DNA of 30,537 nucleotides from Ignavibacteria bacterium (GTDB lineage: Bacteria > Bacteroidota > Ignavibacteria > Tepidaquicellales > OLB5), in NCBI GenBank assembly GCA_027492415.1, contig JAPUEV010000027.1, forward strand, positions 1 through 30,537, written 5' to 3'. A program made the translations under genes and the position numbers. Numbering within the stretch: the first letter of the stretch is position 1; each line of letters opens with the position of its first letter. Below the pieces are notes generated by a model. That model searched no databases. It was given only the letters and a program-made list of their open reading frames with translations, and was not told where the DNA came from. Below, in pieces: positions 27,281-30,537 of the stretch.

Positions 27281-27359
27281 GGAGCGTAGCAATTCTATTA
27301 AGTTATGAGATTAATAGTCATCAATCAATTTGATGAAATATTGCTTCGCTTCTTTTTTT
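27281..27359. other. structured three-way-junction element / REP-like terminator between convergent genes
   Basis: P1 27281-27293 with 27340-27352; P2 CTATTAA/TTAATAG; P3 TCATCAA/TTGATGA; followed by T7. Confidence 0.6.
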
Positions 27360-27414
27360 ATGTTTAATCTGTTTTGAGCTGGAGATCCCGGGGAATTATT
27401 GTTAAGCTGAAATA

Positions 27415-28677
27415 TTATGTTTTCAGCTTTTTCTTTTTTGCTGCGGGGAAAAGGACGTTATTCAGAATTAACCTGTAACCGGGTGAGTTTTTGTATAATG
27501 AGAGGTCAGTCTTGGGGTCGCCGACTGCATGCTGGTAATCCTCAGGGTCATGGCCGCCGTATAATGTAAACGTGCCCCTGCCGAAATTTCCGTGTACATA
27601 CTTAACCCAGTTAGTGCCGTCATTCTTTGCAAGGATCGTCATATTGGGTTTTATTAATTCTTCCTTAAAGCCAGATTCCTGTCCAAGGAAGCCTTTAATT
27701 GCAGCAGTATGGTCCTGTATTAGCATGGTTGGTACCGGGTCTATCTTAGCTGAAAAATCAAACAGCGTAAAGTAGTCGTTGTATTGACCCATCATTAATT
27801 CAGAATCTGTTATATCTATATCTGAATATTCATACACATACGGATTCAGCTGTACCTGGAAATTCTGAAATACCATACATTCAGAATAATCAAGCTTTTC
27901 GTTTGCAGCCTGGTCATACGGGTCGCCGTCATACATCACGTCGCAAATATCGGTGTATTGCGAAGCAAGCGCAATATCAGGTGTTGTTGTACCGGAGCAC
28001 ATTGTGAACATAAATCCGCCGTTAGAAACATACTCCCTTAGCTTTTTAACCACCGCCAGCTTTAACTGCGATACTTTTGCAAAGCCAAGTTTTTTAGCCA
28101 TATCTTCGTTGGTCTGCTTTTGTGTTAAGTACCACGCCGAAGAGCCGAAAGCCGAAAAGAACTTTCCGTACTGTCCTGTAAAATCTTCATGGTGCAGGTG
28201 GATCCAGTCATACTCTTTCAGCTTACCGTTCAAAACTTCTTCATCCCATACTTTATCATAGGGAATTTCAACGTAATCAAGAGCTAATTGTACAGCATCA
28301 TCCCATGGCAGTGAGTTCGGCGGAACGTACACAGCTATCTTGGCAACCTTCTCTAGCCTTACAACATCCATATTGTTCTGTTCATCCTGTACTTCAGCGT
28401 AAACCTGCGCAGCCTGTGTGCCTGAAAGCAGCTCAAAGCTGACTCCCTTTGCAGTACACTCTGCGGCAAGCTCTGAAGTATAATCAAACATAAATGAACC
28501 GCCGCGGTAGTTTAAGAGCCAGTCAAGCTCTTTGCCGCCAAGCAGATGCCTGTAAGCTATACCATATGCCCTTAAATGGTCAGTTTGCGAGGTAACATCC
28601 ATAGGGATAAGCAGTTTTTGCTGTGCAAAAACCGATGATGCCAGGATAAGCAGTAATATTGTTAAAATTTTCTTCAA
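27415..28677 (-). CDS. secreted class-I glutamine-amidotransferase-like protein (family I recall being labelled asparagine synthetase B in Bacteroidota)
   Basis: Signal peptide; HLRAYGIAY, WLLNYRGGSF, WDDAV, WIHLHHEDFTGQYGKF, GGFMFTMCS, YGGHDPEDYQH, PGYRLILNNVLFPAA. Confidence 0.75.
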   Translation of the reverse strand: MKKILTILLLILASSVFAQQKLLIPMDVTSQTDHLRAYGIAYRHLLGGKELDWLLNYRGGSFMFDYTSELAAECTAKGVSFELLSGTQAAQVYAEVQDEQNNMDVVRLEKVAKIAVYVPPNSLPWDDAVQLALDYVEIPYDKVWDEEVLNGKLKEYDWIHLHHEDFTGQYGKFFSAFGSSAWYLTQKQTNEDMAKKLGFAKVSQLKLAVVKKLREYVSNGGFMFTMCSGTTTPDIALASQYTDICDVMYDGDPYDQAANEKLDYSECMVFQNFQVQLNPYVYEYSDIDITDSELMMGQYNDYFTLFDFSAKIDPVPTMLIQDHTAAIKGFLGQESGFKEELIKPNMTILAKNDGTNWVKYVHGNFGRGTFTLYGGHDPEDYQHAVGDPKTDLSLYKNSPGYRLILNNVLFPAAKKKKLKT

Positions 28678-28795
28678 TTAAGGCAAATTATAGTTATTTG
28701 TATTAGTAAACAATGTAACAAATTCTGATTTTTGGGACTTATTTATACTATTTAATCAACTGAACCCCTAAATTGTTTCCATAATATATAGACAT

Positions 28796-28819
28796 AAAAA
28801 AACCCCGTTTTACCGGGGT
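28796..28819 (-). terminator. intrinsic terminator after the DUF4097-type gene
   Basis: Stem ACCCCG/CGGGGT, 6-nt loop, plus-strand A run (U tract on minus). Confidence 0.7.
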
Positions 28820-28840
28820 CAAATGAAAAGTTATGTGAAG

Positions 28841-29734
28841 CTACTTTTTTGTTACTACTATATTACCTGCTGAAGTTGTGCATTTAAAAGTTTCGCCGCC
28901 GTTATTGAACTTTGTTCTTACATACGATGAAACATGATTATCCTTTTCCACTTTGGCAAAGTCACATGTAATTTTACCGGCAAGGGTACCTATATCAGCA
29001 TCTGCGTCAAAATCAGTTGGCAAAGAAGCTGTTATATTCCCGCCCAAAGTGCTCATATCCATACCAAGGTTTCTGCCTGTGTAATCAAGCCTTATGTTTC
29101 CGCCTGCGGTAGAAGCATCTATCCTGCCGTTAGAGCCTTCCAGATAAATATCGCCGCCTGCTGTTGATGCGTCTACATTCCCGTTAAAATCTGTGGCGGA
29201 AATTTTACCGCCTGATGTTGATATTTTAATATTCCCGTTTGATACAGAGATATTAACATTCCCGCCTGCAGTATATGCTTCCAGGTCACCGCTGGTTTTT
29301 TCAATTGAAATATTTCCGCCGGATGTATTGGTTTCAATTTTACCGGTAATATCTTTTATTGAAAGATTACCACCTGTGCTGTAAAGCTTAATATTGTAAT
29401 TTTGCGGCACAATAATCTCAACTCTTACGGTAAGATTCTTCATGTTCTTTGTATCTTTTTGCTTGCCGTCAACCTTTACTCCTGTGGATGTCTGCTCAGC
29501 GGAAAATATTATCTTCTCCTCGGCTTCATCGTTGCCGTAGACCTTTACATTCACTTCGTTGCTTGCCCATGAAGAAACCTGTACACTGCCGGCAACCAGG
29601 CTGGTAACAAGCTCTTTTCCGGCTTCGGTAGGGATGCTTTTTTCAAATAAAAGCCTTGCGTCATCTGCTGTTGTAACTTTTACCATAACAGTTAAAATTA
29701 ATAAAGATAATTTCAAAAAATTGGCGTATTTCAT
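28841..29734 (-). CDS. DUF4097-type beta-strand repeat exported protein
   Basis: Signal peptide; about 8 repeats of roughly 18 aa with consensus (S/T)xGG(N/D/K)I; SD-like AAAGGA upstream. Confidence 0.85.
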   Translation of the reverse strand: MKYANFLKLSLLILTVMVKVTTADDARLLFEKSIPTEAGKELVTSLVAGSVQVSSWASNEVNVKVYGNDEAEEKIIFSAEQTSTGVKVDGKQKDTKNMKNLTVRVEIIVPQNYNIKLYSTGGNLSIKDITGKIETNTSGGNISIEKTSGDLEAYTAGGNVNISVSNGNIKISTSGGKISATDFNGNVDASTAGGDIYLEGSNGRIDASTAGGNIRLDYTGRNLGMDMSTLGGNITASLPTDFDADADIGTLAGKITCDFAKVEKDNHVSSYVRTKFNNGGETFKCTTSAGNIVVTKK

Positions 29735-29774
29735 ATTTGATCCTTTAAATATAATTTATTTTTCTTACTGTTAA

Positions 29775-29803
29775 TAAGATGAACAGGGGTGGGATTTGGT
29801 TTA
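29775..29803 (-). promoter_or_regulatory. candidate ECF-sigma-type promoter TAAAC-N18-ATCTTA upstream of the DUF4097-type gene
   Basis: Minus strand TAAAC (29803-29799), 18-nt spacer, ATCTTA (29780-29775), 40 nt before the ATG. It sits immediately after the upstream gene's terminator. Confidence 0.5.
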
Positions 29804-29806
29804 TAT

Positions 29807-29836
29807 AAAAAAGCCGTAAAACTTATTTTACGGCTT
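29807..29836 (-). terminator. intrinsic terminator after the 157-aa gene
   Basis: 11-bp stem AAGCCGTAAAA/TTTTACGGCTT, 4-nt loop, plus-strand A run. Confidence 0.85.
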
Positions 29837-29886
29837 ATTGGGGGGTAATACGAAATATAATCAGAAGATTATACTACTTTTAAAAT

Positions 29887-30360
29887 TTACATGTATTTAG
29901 CTGAAGCAGCATTTAACAGGTCAAAATATTTCTGGGCATATTCATCTCGGGCAGTTTTGGGTGCCCAGTAACCTGAAAATTCTGTCCATTTTAAAGGTGC
30001 AAGCCCGTTTTGGTTCAAAATTTCCATATAATCCATTGCTTCATTGTTCTTAGCAGGGTCTTTCCTGTAATAAAATTGTGCGTTCAGGTCAGCGAATGTT
30101 TCCAGGGTGCAGGGAGCATTTCCGTTATTTTTCTTTTCGATTGCTTCTTCAAGCGCATTATTATATTCCTGCTGCAGGGTTAGATAATTTTCCGGTTTCA
30201 TCAGCTCGGCATTCCACCCGTCCTTAATTGGCTGCCATGAATCCTGTGTTATACCTTCCTTTGCCAGCTCGGCAAAAAACTCTTCATTGGTCACTGTATC
30301 TGTTGTTGATGCAATAAGCTCTGCGTATTTTTTAAGCGTAATTCCGTTAATTTCTTCCAT
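29887..30360 (-). CDS. hypothetical cytoplasmic helical protein with two internal repeats (DUF6620-like by recollection)
   Basis: ITLKKYAEL...EGITQDSW......W and CTLETFADL...NGLAPLKW......W; followed by a terminator. Confidence 0.75.
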   Translation of the reverse strand: MEEINGITLKKYAELIASTTDTVTNEEFFAELAKEGITQDSWQPIKDGWNAELMKPENYLTLQQEYNNALEEAIEKKNNGNAPCTLETFADLNAQFYYRKDPAKNNEAMDYMEILNQNGLAPLKWTEFSGYWAPKTARDEYAQKYFDLLNAASAKYM

Positions 30361-30383
30361 TGGCTGCTGTTTATATTTATGAT

Positions 30384-30536
30384 TTATTGATGATATTTTA
30401 TTATTATTCCCATTTTCTTTTTTTCAGTATCATCTAAAAATACCCTCAGCTTTTCAAAATTAGATTTCAGGTAGTCAAGTTGTGGTGATACTTTAAAATG
30501 TTTTGCTATGAACCGGGATGTAAAAAATTCTTTCTT
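30384..30536 (-). CDS. probable C-terminal 50 aa of a gene truncated by the window end
   Basis: Open minus-strand frame KKEFFTSRFIAKHFKVSPQLDYLKSNFEKLRVFLDDTEKKKMGIIIKYHQ with TAA at 30386-30384, 23 nt before the next ATG. Confidence 0.45.
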   Translation of the reverse strand, partial: KKEFFTSRFIAKHFKVSPQLDYLKSNFEKLRVFLDDTEKKKMGIIIKYHQ

Positions 30537-30537
30537 T

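Noticed and set aside
29000-29400. Recurring CCGCC(T/G) nucleotide repeats at roughly 54-60 nt spacing
   Set aside because: These are fully explained by the TxGG peptide repeats of the DUF4097-type protein and are not a CRISPR array or DNA repeat element.
1410-29774. About 30 short alternative-frame or antisense ORFs in the track (e.g. 3723..3974, 7284..7628, 8438..8797, 23220..23606, 27953..28261)
   Set aside because: Each lies wholly or almost wholly inside a longer gene with recognisable motifs and has no motif of its own, so they are best explained as shadow ORFs.
1-30537. Mobile element, prophage, CRISPR, tRNA or rRNA
   Set aside because: I saw no transposase or integrase motifs, terminal inverted repeats, spaced direct repeats, cloverleaf or rRNA signatures, or obvious compositional break by eye. 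A tRNAscan or Infernal run would be the formal check.

Overview
This is a moderately AT-rich, gene-dense bacterial chromosome segment. Three genes end in the T9SS C-terminal sorting domain (xxLxQNYPNPFNPxTxI...KMILxK), which suggests the FCB group, most likely Ignavibacteria (inference). Recognisable genes are wecB-type UDP-GlcNAc 2-epimerase, three T9SS cargo proteins (cleaved-adhesin-like, M28 peptidase, CocE/NonD hydrolase), glycosylasparaginase, a WcaJ-type priming transferase, a CPBP protease, recG, a WbpB-like dehydrogenase, an S9 peptidase, a PrsW/YhfC-like protease, addAB, a Spy/CpxP-like protein, a secreted GATase-like protein and a DUF4097-type repeat protein, plus several hypotheticals. 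I saw no rRNA, tRNA, CRISPR array, transposase or integrase. Most of the window is ordinary chromosome, and I cannot claim a proven new system. Four leads stand out. (1) An amidohydrolase-fold protein has lost all canonical metal ligands, carries a charged tail with a QRSLF clamp-binding-like motif, and is coupled to a signal-less glycosylasparaginase. (2) An identically spaced AAAC-N18-RTCTTA motif lies in front of three envelope-related genes and is a candidate ECF-sigma regulon. (3) A PrsW/YhfC-like protease is fused to a zinc ribbon. (4) A three-way-junction element lies between convergent genes. All family calls come from motif recognition by eye; no database searches were run.
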